Origin: an uncultured delta proteobacterium
Lineage (GTDB): Bacteria; Myxococcota_A; Polyangia; Haliangiales; Haliangiaceae
Assembly: GCA_963743525.1 (NCBI GenBank)
Contig: CAVUQH010000002.1
Location: forward strand, 288,001 to 352,000
Direction: 5' to 3'
DNA length: 64,000 bases
How positions within the stretch are numbered: the stretch's first letter is position 1; each line of letters starts with the position of its first letter. A program made the translations under genes and the position numbers. This document shows positions 10,711 to 22,058 of the stretch, one piece after another. Below the pieces are notes generated by a model that was given only the letters and a program-made list of their open reading frames with translations, was not told where the DNA came from and did not search any database.

Positions 10711-12093
10711 ATGAATCGCAGACGGTCTGTCATCACCAGCCTCATCGTGCTGGCCATCCTCGCCATCCCCACCCTCGCCTTTGCCGGCGAAGGCGGCGAC
10801 TTCTCCAAGTACCAGTCCCAGGGCACCGTCTGGATGTACCTGGCGACCTTCGGCTTCGGCTTCCTGACCTCGTTGACCCCGTGCGTCTACCCGATGATTC
10901 CCATCGTGGTCGGCGTCTTCGGCGCCCGCGACGAGGACGTCAGCCGGAAAAAGGCGTTCGTCCTGGCCACCATGTACGTGCTGGGAATGGGCCTCTTGTT
11001 CGCCACGCTGGGCCTGGTCTTCGCTCTCATCGGCAAGAAGTCCGGCTTCGGCACCCTGCTCGGCAACCCGTTCGTCGTGGTGCCGCTGGTGGTCTTCTAC
11101 GTCGCCCTGGCGGCGTCGCTGTTCGGCGCCTTCGAGCTCAACCTGCCCACCTCGCTGCAGAACCGGCTCAACCGGGTCGGCGGCCGCGGCTACGCCGGCG
11201 CCTTCGGCCTGGGCATGGTCGGCGGGCTGACCGCGGCGCCGTGCACCGGCCCGTTCCTGGCCGGTCTGATCGCGGTCGTCGCCACCACCGGCAACCCGGT
11301 CGAGGGCTTCACGCTGCTGTTCACCTACGCCCTCGGCATCGGCGTGCTGTTCTGGATCATCGCCGTGTTCGCGGTGTCGATGCCCAAGAGCGGCCGGTGG
11401 ATGGAGGCGGTCAAGAGCGTCGGCGGCATCGCGCTGCTGGCGGCCGCGCTCTACTTCGTGCGCCCACTGCTGCCCCTGGAGAAGATCCAGGACGCCCTGC
11501 ACTCGGGCAGCCACACCTTCCTCATCGGCTCGATCGTCATCGCGCTGCTGGGCATCGCCATCGGTGCGGTCCACCTGTCGTTCCACGATCGCTCCGCGGT
11601 CAAGGCGCGCAAGGGCCTGGGCATCGTGCTGGCGGTTGCCGGCATCACCGGCGCGGTCACCTCGATCATGACCCCGGACCGCTACCTGCCGTGGATCTAC
11701 AACGAGCAGGTCGCCTTCCAGCAGGCCAAGGCCGAGGGCAAGGGCGTGATGATCGACTTCGCCGCCAAGTGGTGCGGGCCGTGCAAAGAGCTCGAGCTGA
11801 CGTTCGGCTCCAGCCAGGTCTACGACCACATCATGGCCAACTACGTGCCGCTGCGCTTCGACGTCAGCAACGGCACCGACGCCGACGAGGCCCACCAGGA
11901 GAAGTACAAGGCGGCCAATCTGCCGGTCGTGCTGTTCGTCTCCCCCGACGGCAAGGTGCTGGCTCGCATCAACGAGTTCAAGAAGCCGGGCGAGTTCTTG
12001 AAAGTCGTGCAACCGGCGACCGAACAGCTGCACTCGGCGAGCAAGACCGCGCGGCTCGACGAGCCGGCCACGGTACCCGGCCAGGGCGGTTGA
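10711..12093 (+). CDS. dsbD: DsbD/CcdA-family transmembrane protein with C-terminal thioredoxin domain
   Basis: SLTPCVYPMIP and AAPCTGP transmembrane Cys motifs; C-terminal DFAAKWCGPCK. Confidence 0.88.
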   Translation: MNRRRSVITSLIVLAILAIPTLAFAGEGGDFSKYQSQGTVWMYLATFGFGFLTSLTPCVYPMIPIVVGVFGARDEDVSRKKAFVLATMYVLGMGLLFATLGLVFALIGKKSGFGTLLGNPFVVVPLVVFYVALAASLFGAFELNLPTSLQNRLNRVGGRGYAGAFGLGMVGGLTAAPCTGPFLAGLIAVVATTGNPVEGFTLLFTYALGIGVLFWIIAVFAVSMPKSGRWMEAVKSVGGIALLAAALYFVRPLLPLEKIQDALHSGSHTFLIGSIVIALLGIAIGAVHLSFHDRSAVKARKGLGIVLAVAGITGAVTSIMTPDRYLPWIYNEQVAFQQAKAEGKGVMIDFAAKWCGPCKELELTFGSSQVYDHIMANYVPLRFDVSNGTDADEAHQEKYKAANLPVVLFVSPDGKVLARINEFKKPGEFLKVVQPATEQLHSASKTARLDEPATVPGQGG

Positions 12094-12566
12094 TGACCCG
12101 GCTGGCGCTGGCGTGTGTAGCCCTCGCCCTGGTGGCGAGCTGCACCCGCGCCAGCGACACCGCTGCGCCTGCGCCCGGCAACCGCCAGGCCCACGCCGAA
12201 GCGCCCCGCGCGCTGCAGTGGGAGACCGACGAGCCGGCGGCGCTGGCCCGCGCCAGGCGCGAGGGTCGGCCGCTGGTGATCGACTTTCGCTCGGAGTGGT
12301 GCGCGCCGTGCCAGGAGCTGGAGGAGAAGACTTTCTCCGACGCCGAGGTCGCCCGCCTGCTGGCGACCCGCGCGGTGACCCTGCGCGTGGACGTCACCGA
12401 TGTGACCGATGCCCACGAGGCGCTGATGCAGAAGTACCGCGTCGAGACCTTGCCGGCGATCATCTTCTTCGACGCGGCCGGCAACGAGCGCGGGCGCATC
12501 ACCGACTACGCCAGGCCGGCGCAGTTCCTGGCCCGTGCCCGCGAGCTGCTCGGCCCGGCTACTTGA
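12093..12566 (+). CDS. Thioredoxin-family lipoprotein
   Basis: LVASC lipobox; DFRSEWCAPC; cis-Pro segment TLP; ATG overlaps the dsbD TGA. Confidence 0.88.
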   Translation: MTRLALACVALALVASCTRASDTAAPAPGNRQAHAEAPRALQWETDEPAALARARREGRPLVIDFRSEWCAPCQELEEKTFSDAEVARLLATRAVTLRVDVTDVTDAHEALMQKYRVETLPAIIFFDAAGNERGRITDYARPAQFLARARELLGPAT

Positions 12567-13203
12567 GCTGGAACTCGAAGCGCAGGCCCGCCAGCACCGA
12601 GCCCTGCACGCTGGTGTACTGGTTGCTGTTGTTGTTGGCGATGCCGTTCTTGAACATGTAGCCGGCCTGGATCGGGATGCGCAGGTTGAGCGACACCACC
12701 CGATTGAGCCGGTAGCCGAGCGCGAAGCTGGCCTGGACCAGGAAGCCCTTGTCGGTGACCTGGGCGTTGTCGAGCGGCGGCATCACCTGCTGGCCGGTGC
12801 CGACGCCGAAACCGGTGCCGATGCCCAGCTCGGCGTAGCCGACCTGGTAGACGTCGTCGCCCACGCGCTTGCCCTTTTCCAGGTGACCACCGCGCTGGTC
12901 ACCGAAGTGCATCTTCAGATCGAAGCCGAGCATGAACTGCGTCCACGTGCCGAGCAGGCCGCCGCTGCCGAGGTACTGGGAATGCTCGATCCAGCCGTCG
13001 ACCCACAGCACCTCGGCGCCGACCAGCGCGCCGTAGGTCGCACCGCTGGTGCCCTTGTGAAAGGCGGCATCCTTGGCATCGCCCGATACCCCGCGGCCCG
13101 CGGCACCGCCGCCCTGGGCAGCGGCGTACAGGGTCAGGATGTCGGCGCGCGCGGGCGCGGCCAGGGCGCCGAGAACGGCGCAGACCATGACGATTCGCTT
13201 CAT
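12559..13203 (-). CDS. Hypothetical outer-membrane beta-barrel protein
   Basis: Signal peptide MKRIVMVC...APARA; alternating beta-strands; C-terminus GLRFEFQLK. Confidence 0.7.
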   Translation of the reverse strand: MKRIVMVCAVLGALAAPARADILTLYAAAQGGGAAGRGVSGDAKDAAFHKGTSGATYGALVGAEVLWVDGWIEHSQYLGSGGLLGTWTQFMLGFDLKMHFGDQRGGHLEKGKRVGDDVYQVGYAELGIGTGFGVGTGQQVMPPLDNAQVTDKGFLVQASFALGYRLNRVVSLNLRIPIQAGYMFKNGIANNNSNQYTSVQGSVLAGLRFEFQLK

Positions 13204-13903
13204 AAGGAGTCTCCCAGGAGCGCGGCCAGACGGCGCGCTTCGAATCCTACTAGAACCCGGCCGTGGACGTCGATGACCGGCACCCAATCGGCGGCGACGC
13301 CGACTCGCGCCAGCACGCGCGCCATCTCCTCGGCGCGCGCCGGATCTTCTCGACGTCGACGAACTGATACTTCACCGACCGCTGGTCGAGATAGGCGCGG
13401 GTGTCGCGGCAGGCCGCACACCAGCTGGCGCCGTAGACGGTGACCGTCGGCCGCGCACGGACGCCGCCGAAGAGCCCCTCGACCGCGGGTACGGCGACGC
13501 GCGACGCCCGGCCCGGCGGCAGCGCGGCCAGTGCGCGGGCTTCGAAGTCGATGCGCCGCATGCGGGCGGCGGTGAACCGTCCGTCGGCATCCGGTCGGTT
13601 CAGATCGACGACCTGCACCGGAACATCATCCCCCGGCGCCGACCGGCGCGCCGTGGGAGGGATCACGCGCACCACCGTGCGCGACCGCAGCGGCACGGCG
13701 CCGGCCCCGCGTGCCCGGCGGAAGCGCCCGCCGAGATCGGCGTACTCGAAGGTGACGTCGTCACCGGTGCCCACGCGCAACAGCGCGTCGACGCCGCCGT
13801 CGTCCGCGGTGCCATCGCTCGTGCGTTCGCGCACGCGGCAGCCGGTCGCCGTGCACAACGCAACCGCGATCACCAGCGGCCGCCATCTCACCGCGCCCCT
13901 CAC
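13200..13903 (-). CDS. Glutaredoxin-domain lipoprotein (frameshift near 13346)
   Basis: VYGASWCAAC...VDVEK continues in another frame as DPARAEEM...VPVIDVHGRVLVGF, an NrdH/Grx-like ending. Confidence 0.75.
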
Positions 13904-13924
13904 AGGGATCGATCATAGCGCGGC

Positions 13925-14521
13925 TCAGTTGATCACCACGAGCTCGGTCGAGTCCTTGGCGCAGAAGGTCGCCGACAGGTCGTAGCGCTGCTGGCACTGC
14001 GGGCAGATCTTGGCGATGATCCCGGTCGGCTTGCGGTCGAGGCCGCGGGTGGTGACCGAGTAGACCGCCACCGCGCACAGCTCGGTGGCGTCGTGCGGGC
14101 AGAAGCGAACGCCGGCGTCGTACGAGCGACTGCAGCTGGGGCAGACGGTGCCTTCCTTGCGCCGCGGCTCGTGCAGCTCGTGGCGTGGAATCAGCGGGCG
14201 GGCATCGTGCGGGCAGTACGACAGGCCGGTGTCGTACTCGCGCCGGCAGGTGGGGCAGATCATGCTGTCGTCGCGAGCTACTTCCAGCCCGCCGCCGCCG
14301 CCGGCGAACGCGCGCGGCAGCTCGCGCGGCCGGGTGACGTACTCGACTCCCTCGACGTGAACATCGCGCCCCAGCGACACCCGGCGCGGCGTCGGGCCGG
14401 GCGTCGGCTCGGACTCTTTCGCGCGGCGGCGCAGGACCACGCCGAAGACGATCAGGAATCCGAGAATCAGAATCAGCAGCCCGGCGAGCGCGAGCAGCGC
14501 GAGCCGCGCGCCCGCAGACAT
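13925..14521 (-). CDS. Membrane-anchored protein with three CxxC-x10-CxxD zinc-ribbon repeats
   Basis: N-terminal TM helix, then CPTC..CPHD, CPSC..CPHD, CPQC..CAKD. Confidence 0.75.
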   Translation of the reverse strand: MSAGARLALLALAGLLILILGFLIVFGVVLRRRAKESEPTPGPTPRRVSLGRDVHVEGVEYVTRPRELPRAFAGGGGGLEVARDDSMICPTCRREYDTGLSYCPHDARPLIPRHELHEPRRKEGTVCPSCSRSYDAGVRFCPHDATELCAVAVYSVTTRGLDRKPTGIIAKICPQCQQRYDLSATFCAKDSTELVVIN

Positions 14522-14699
14522 GGAGCTCGATCCGAGCGTTATGCAGGTCCGATCGAAGAGGGAATACGTCACACGCGCCTCGGCCGACCTCGAGAGAGGC
14601 TTAGCATACCGCGCCGAGCCCGCCCCGCGACTGGAAAGAGCACCCGGCGACTCCCGCGACCCCGTGTGACGAACGCCGGTTTGCGCTATCGTCCGCGCG

Positions 14700-16430
14700 A
14701 TGAGCGACCTGGTGATCGGCGGTCGGCGCTCCGGCTCGGCGCGGCGCAGCATGCGGGCTGCGGCGATCGCCAGTCTTGCGGTCGTCTTCGCGCTCCTGGT
14801 CGCTTACATGATCTTTCGCCGCGTCGTGTCGTACGTGGTGCCAGAGGGGTCGGTGCCGGACACGCCGCTCATGGTTACCGGCACCGAGGGGACACCGTCG
14901 CGGCTCGGCTTCGGCGACTCGTCGCTGTCCTACTCCGGACACATCGCGGTGCTCCGACTTGTGGGGAAGCCTCACACACTGGGCGTCGCCCAGGGTCGAC
15001 TGCTCGGCGCCAGCGTCGGCGCGGTCGCCCGCACTCTCGAGCCGGCGGTCGACTACACCGTCTCCCGCTCCGGCCTGTTCGGCGACTCGACCCACTCGAC
15101 GCGGTTGCGCTGGCGCCAGCGAATGCTCGACGACGGCATCCCCGGGCATCAGCTGCTCGACATCGCCGGTGTGGTCCGCGGCGCGCGCAAGAGCACGGGC
15201 AGCGCACCGGAGTACGAGTCGTTCCTGCGCCAGCAAGCCGTGCTCGACGTCGGCACGGCGCCACCGTGGACCGAGGGCCGGCGCTTTCGCACCGTCGCCC
15301 GGTCGCTCGGCTTCGTCGCCACGTTGCGCGGCACCAGTGGCGATCGCCTGCTGGTCGGTCGCAGCTTCGCCTTGCCCGGCGCCGCCGACGAGGGCGCGAC
15401 CGCCGCCGAGAACTTGACGGTGAGCTTCGTCCGCGACTCGGGCGGCGAGATCATCCCGTTCGCCTCGATCGGCTGGCCCGGTTTGGTCGGCGTGGTCAGC
15501 GGCATCAACGCCGAGGGCATCGCCGTGATGGTCCATCCGGCGCGCGCTGCCAACGTACGAGTGACCCGCGAAGCGCAGCCGATTCCCCTGCTCGCCCGCG
15601 AGATCCTCGAGCACGCGCGCACCCTCGACGACGCCATCGCGGTGCTCCAGCACGGCGACCCGCTGGGCGCGGCAGCGGTGTTGATCGTCGACGGCAACGC
15701 GCGCAGCTGGGCGGTGGTCGACGTGACGCCGGGCGGCGTCGAAGCGCGCCGCGGACAGACCCCACCGGTGGTCACCGGCATCTTGAAAGCCGACGACCTG
15801 CAGAGCGATCCGGAGAACGATCGCGCGCAGCGGATCCGTCCGGCCGCGACCCGGGCCAAGCGGGTCGCGCGGATGTTGCGCGGGGTCATCGCCAGGCCCG
15901 AAGACGTGGCCGCGATCCTCCGCGACAGGCGCGGCGTCGACGACGCGCCGCTGCCGCTCGGTCACCGCGGCGCGGTGCAAGATCTGGCCGCGGTACACAC
16001 GGCGATCGTCGACGCCTCCGGCATGGTGCTGTGGGTCAGTGAGGGCCCCGGCGCCAGCGGCCGCTTCCGCGCCTTCGATCTGCGCTACGAGCTGCGCCGC
16101 GAGGGCGCGCGCCCTGCCCCGCCGCCCGATATCCCCGCCGACGCCGAGCTCGATCCGGGAGACGCCGCGGCGATCCTCGCCGCCCGCGCGGATCTGCGCC
16201 AGGCCCGTCACGCCTGGTCGGACGGCACCCATCGCCGCGCGCGAGAGCTGGTCCAGCGGGCGCTGGCGAGAGCGCCGACCCTGCCCGAGGCGCTGCGCAT
16301 GGCCGGTGACTACGCGCGCGCCGACGGCGACCACGAAGTGGCCGATCAGTTCTACCGGCGCTACCTCGAGGTCGGCCCCGACGACCTGGCCGCCGAAGAA
16401 GAGATCAAGGCGCTGCTCAACAACCTGTGA
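14700..16430 (+). CDS. C45-like Ntn-hydrolase domain protein with C-terminal TPR-like region
   Basis: N-terminal TM; LGVAQGRLL, IGWPGLVGVVSGINAEGIAV, AREILEHARTLDDA; helical TPR-like tail. Confidence 0.75.
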   Translation: MSDLVIGGRRSGSARRSMRAAAIASLAVVFALLVAYMIFRRVVSYVVPEGSVPDTPLMVTGTEGTPSRLGFGDSSLSYSGHIAVLRLVGKPHTLGVAQGRLLGASVGAVARTLEPAVDYTVSRSGLFGDSTHSTRLRWRQRMLDDGIPGHQLLDIAGVVRGARKSTGSAPEYESFLRQQAVLDVGTAPPWTEGRRFRTVARSLGFVATLRGTSGDRLLVGRSFALPGAADEGATAAENLTVSFVRDSGGEIIPFASIGWPGLVGVVSGINAEGIAVMVHPARAANVRVTREAQPIPLLAREILEHARTLDDAIAVLQHGDPLGAAAVLIVDGNARSWAVVDVTPGGVEARRGQTPPVVTGILKADDLQSDPENDRAQRIRPAATRAKRVARMLRGVIARPEDVAAILRDRRGVDDAPLPLGHRGAVQDLAAVHTAIVDASGMVLWVSEGPGASGRFRAFDLRYELRREGARPAPPPDIPADAELDPGDAAAILAARADLRQARHAWSDGTHRRARELVQRALARAPTLPEALRMAGDYARADGDHEVADQFYRRYLEVGPDDLAAEEEIKALLNNL

Positions 16431-16440
16431 CCGCGCGCGA

Positions 16441-17754
<1,314 letters not shown>

Positions 17755-17785
17755 CCGCCCCCGGTTGGAGTCGATTATTCCCCGA

Positions 17786-18237
<452 letters not shown>

Positions 18238-18259
<22 letters not shown>

Positions 18260-19389
18260 AGCACCAGCGCTCCGACCGCGAGGGCGGCGACTGCCACCAA
18301 CGTCCATGCTACCAGACCCGGGCGCGAGCTCTCTTCCAGTCGCGCGCTGGCCGGCCCGCCGGGGGCCTCCTCTGCCGACGCGGGGCCGGCAACCTCGCCG
18401 CGGTAAACCGGGTGCTGGCCGGTGGCCGGAATCGGTGGCGGCCCGGGGTCCTCGGCCAGGCCGGCCTTGGCCGCCAGCCGCCGGGCCACCCACGAGGTCG
18501 TGGTCAGGGCGCGGTCGCCCTCCTCGGACGGGTCGATCTCGGTGAAGCGGGGCAGGTCTTCCTCGCTGAGCGGCGGGCGCAGCCCCTCACCATCGAAGCG
18601 GGCGATGACGGCGGTGACGTTGTCGGGTGCGCCGGCGGAGTGGGCCAGGCGAATCAGGGTGTCGGCGGCCTCGTCCAGATCCGGGCAGGCCGACAGGGTC
18701 GCCCGCAGCTTGTCGTCGTCCACCGGCCCGTGCAAACCGTCCGAGCAGAGCAGCAGGGCATCGCCGCGGCGGACCTCGACCAGCGAGATCGACGGGTTGA
18801 CGTCCTCCTTCACCCCCAGCGCCTGCAGGATCATGTTGGCGTGCATGGTCTGCTTGGCCTCGCGCGGGGTCATGCGGCCGGAATGCACCAGCGCGGCGGC
18901 GATCGACTGATCGCGGGTGACCTGGGTCAGCGTGGAGCCGCGGTGGATGTAGGCGCGCGAGTCACCGACCTGGGCCAGGATGATCGCGTCGCCGACCAGG
19001 CCGGCGGCCGACACCGTGGTGCCCATGCCGTGGAGCGCGGGATCGCGGCTGCCCTCTTCGTGCACCCGGCGGTTGGCCAGACGCACCGCTCGGCGCAGGA
19101 TGCGGGCGTAGACCGGCCGCTCGTCGGTGACCCGGGCCGCGCGCATCTCGGCCCAGATCACGTCGGCGGCCAGCTTGCTGGCGACCTCGCCACCGGCGGC
19201 GCCGCCCATGCCGTCGCAGACGATGAGCAGCGGTCCGCGGCGAACGATGGTGCGCTTGTCCGGCTCCGCGGCCTCGATCGACTCGCCGGCGTCGAGGTCA
19301 CCGACCAGGAAGGTGTCCTGGTTGTTCGCGCGGATCAGACCGACGTCGGTCCGCGCGATCACCTCGACCGATACCGGCGGCCGGTCCAC
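18238..19389 (-). CDS. PP2C-family Ser/Thr phosphatase with C-terminal TM
   Basis: TDVGLIRANNQD, CDGMGG, MGTT, QVGDSR, LCSDGL, DNVT. Confidence 0.95.
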
Positions 19390-19392
19390 CGC

Positions 19393-20607
19393 CTACAAGC
19401 CGGGCTCGAAGCGGAAGAGCTGGTCGCCCATGCGCAGGTGATCGCCGCGACGCAGCTCCCACGCCCCGGACAGGCGCAGGAACGTACCGTTGGAGCTGTG
19501 CAGGTCTTCGATGACGCAGCGCCCGCTCTGCCAGCGCAGCGCGGCGTGGCGGCGGGACAGGAAGGCGTCGTCGTCGAACACCAGATCGCCCTCCTCGCGG
19601 CCGATGACGATCTCGGGGTCGTCGAGGAAGCGGACGTCGCGGATGCCGCCGTTGGGCAGCATCTGCATCAGCCGTCCCCACGGCTCGCGCGGCGGCGAGC
19701 CGAACATGTGCACGCCGTGGCGCACCAGCGGCGCCGCATCGCGCTCCTCGGCCGACACCTCTTCGAACCGCATCACCTCGCGACCGGCCAGGAAGTAGGC
19801 GCCGTCGGCCAGCGGCTCGGGGCCGGACAGCCGGCGGTAGACGCCGTTGAGGGTGTCGAGCGGCACCACCCGCGGCCCCTTGTCGCTGTGCTCCAGGCGC
19901 GCGTGTCGCGGCGCCAGGAAGGTGTCGTCGTCGAAGCAGATGTCGGCACCCGACCGGCCGACGACCACGAACTCGCCGCGCAGCGGGTAGCTGTCGCCGT
20001 CGGTGCCGTCGCGGTTGACCGACACCAGGGCGCCCCAGGAGACCGACGCCTCGACGTCGGTGGGACGATCCAGGCCGCCCCGTCCTTGCGGCGCCGCCAG
20101 GGTCTCGGCCACCGCCTCGCCCGAGGCGATGCCGGGCCGGGGAGGTGCTGCGGGCGGCGGTCCGCCCGGCGCTCCGCCAATTTGGCCGCCGACCTGCCCG
20201 GCCGAGCCGCCGAACGAGCCGCCGGGTCCGGGCGCCGCGGCGGGCGGGCGAACCGGGCCGCTGCCGCCGAGGCGGGATCCGCACTGCTGGCAGAAGGCGA
20301 AGCCGGTCGGCGTCTGGCCACCGCAGGTGGGGCACAGCTGCATCCCGCCCGCGCCCGCCGGCGGCGGCGCAGCCTGTGGCGGCGGTGCCACCTGCTGCGG
20401 TGCTGGCGCCGAAATCAGGCTGTTACCGCACTGGCGACAGAAATTCATGCCCGGAGGGTTCTGCGTTCCGCACTGGGCACAGTGCCCGCTGGACAACCCG
20501 GCGCCGCCGCTCGGAGTCTGAGCGGAAGCACTGAGGCGCGTGCCACAGTTCAGACAAAAGAGAGACCCTTCTGGACTTTCCCTACTGCAATTCGGGCAGC
20601 GAGGCAT
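19393..20607 (-). CDS. Zinc-ribbon + tandem FHA-domain protein
   Basis: Three CxxC..CxxC ribbons, Pro/Gly linkers, two FHA domains (VGRS..RHA..NG; IGRE..SRRHA..SNGT). Confidence 0.9.
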   Translation of the reverse strand: MPRCPNCSRESPEGSLFCLNCGTRLSASAQTPSGGAGLSSGHCAQCGTQNPPGMNFCRQCGNSLISAPAPQQVAPPPQAAPPPAGAGGMQLCPTCGGQTPTGFAFCQQCGSRLGGSGPVRPPAAAPGPGGSFGGSAGQVGGQIGGAPGGPPPAAPPRPGIASGEAVAETLAAPQGRGGLDRPTDVEASVSWGALVSVNRDGTDGDSYPLRGEFVVVGRSGADICFDDDTFLAPRHARLEHSDKGPRVVPLDTLNGVYRRLSGPEPLADGAYFLAGREVMRFEEVSAEERDAAPLVRHGVHMFGSPPREPWGRLMQMLPNGGIRDVRFLDDPEIVIGREEGDLVFDDDAFLSRRHAALRWQSGRCVIEDLHSSNGTFLRLSGAWELRRGDHLRMGDQLFRFEPGL

Positions 20608-20711
20608 TGGCCCTCCGGCGCGGCCGCAATCGCGTTTGCAACGGGCACGTCACCCTGTTAAACCCCGCCTGCAACGTAGCAAAACCCCGAGAAAAAGGTC
20701 AAGCTCCCGCC

Positions 20712-22058
20712 GTGTTCGACTACCCTCGCGCACCCCTTCGCGGTGCGCTCGCTACCGCCGTATGCGCCCTCGCGCTGACCGGCTGCATGCCGCCGCAGCC
20801 GCGCACCGCTCCTTTCCGCGCTCGCCCCGATTCGGTCCAGGCCGGCGATCTGCGCGGGCCGTTCACCGGCCGCGTGCTCGACGCCGCCTCGGGCAGCCCG
20901 GTCGCCGGCGCCATGGTCTACGCCACCTGGTCGCTCGATGACGGCCACGGCTCGGCCCAGCCGGCCGGCTACCGCGAGTACGTGACCTCGACCGACGCCT
21001 CCGGCCGCTACAAGGTGCCGGGATTCGCCAAGGTTGGGGCCCCCAACGGCAGCGTGACGCCCGGGGACGCGCGGATCACCGACTTCTACCTGGTCATCTA
21101 CAAGCGCGGCTTCGTCGGCTACCGCAGCGACCGCCGTTTCGACGACCTGGGCCCGCGGATGGACTTCGCGCAGAAGCAGAACAAGGTCCAGCTCGAGCGC
21201 TGGCGCCAGGAGTACTCCCATGCCCGCCACCTGCGCTATCTGGGCGGCGGCGCCACCCTGGCCGCGCTGACCTCGTGGGAGGTCGACGAGGCCGCCGCCG
21301 AGCTGTCCGGCGAGGGCAGCCACACCCGCATCGCCAGCGACCTGTTCCCCCAGCGCGGCAGCCGCCGCATCGTCGCCGCCCAGCTGATCGGCGAGGACGA
21401 CATCAAGCAGGTCACCAAGTACGACGGCAGCTTCGAAGCCGGGCCGCTGGGTGACGAGCCGGACACCGACGTCTACAGCTCGCAGCACTTCAAGGCGCTG
21501 GGCCGGCCGCAGTCGTACGACATCGCCGTGCGCATGTGGCAGCTGGAGCCGGCCGAGGCCGAGGGCCGCTACTCGGCGCTGGTCGACTCGTTGCCCGACG
21601 TTGACGAGCGCAACGAGATCGCGACCCGCTCCCTGCGGGCCAAGGAGAACAACATCTTCGGCGTCGCGTTCATCGACCGCGAGCGCGGCACGGTGGTGCT
21701 GCTGACCTGCGGCGACAGCCAGTGCAAGGACGACGAGTCCGCGGTCAAGCTGGCGCGCATCATGTACGACCGGATCGAGCGGAGCGTGCCCAAGCGCGCG
21801 GCGAGCGAATTGACGCCGGCGGACAGCGCGCCGGAAACGACGCCGGCGCCGGCCGAGGCAGCGCCCGCGGCCCCCAAAGACCAGCCCGCGGCCAAGCCGA
21901 CCGCGCCGACCGAGGCGGCACCGGCGAAGGACGCGCCGGCCGAGGCGGCACCGGCGAAGGACGCGCCGGCCAGGACCGCACCGCCGGCCACGCCGGCCAA
22001 GGCCGCCCCGGCAGATTCCAAACCCGCCCCCGGAAAGACCGGAGACGACGCGCAATGA
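20712..22058 (+). CDS. Lipoprotein with carboxypeptidase-regulatory-like domain and Ala/Pro-rich tail
   Basis: LALTGC lipobox; GRVLDAASGSPVAGA...TDASGRY. Start codon uncertain. Confidence 0.75.
   Translation: MFDYPRAPLRGALATAVCALALTGCMPPQPRTAPFRARPDSVQAGDLRGPFTGRVLDAASGSPVAGAMVYATWSLDDGHGSAQPAGYREYVTSTDASGRYKVPGFAKVGAPNGSVTPGDARITDFYLVIYKRGFVGYRSDRRFDDLGPRMDFAQKQNKVQLERWRQEYSHARHLRYLGGGATLAALTSWEVDEAAAELSGEGSHTRIASDLFPQRGSRRIVAAQLIGEDDIKQVTKYDGSFEAGPLGDEPDTDVYSSQHFKALGRPQSYDIAVRMWQLEPAEAEGRYSALVDSLPDVDERNEIATRSLRAKENNIFGVAFIDRERGTVVLLTCGDSQCKDDESAVKLARIMYDRIERSVPKRAASELTPADSAPETTPAPAEAAPAAPKDQPAAKPTAPTEAAPAKDAPAEAAPAKDAPARTAPPATPAKAAPADSKPAPGKTGDDAQ
21911..21970 (+). repeat. 2 x 30 bp coding tandem repeat (EAAPAKDAPA)
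   Basis: cgaggcggcaccggcgaaggacgcgccggc occurs twice in tandem. Confidence 0.85.
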
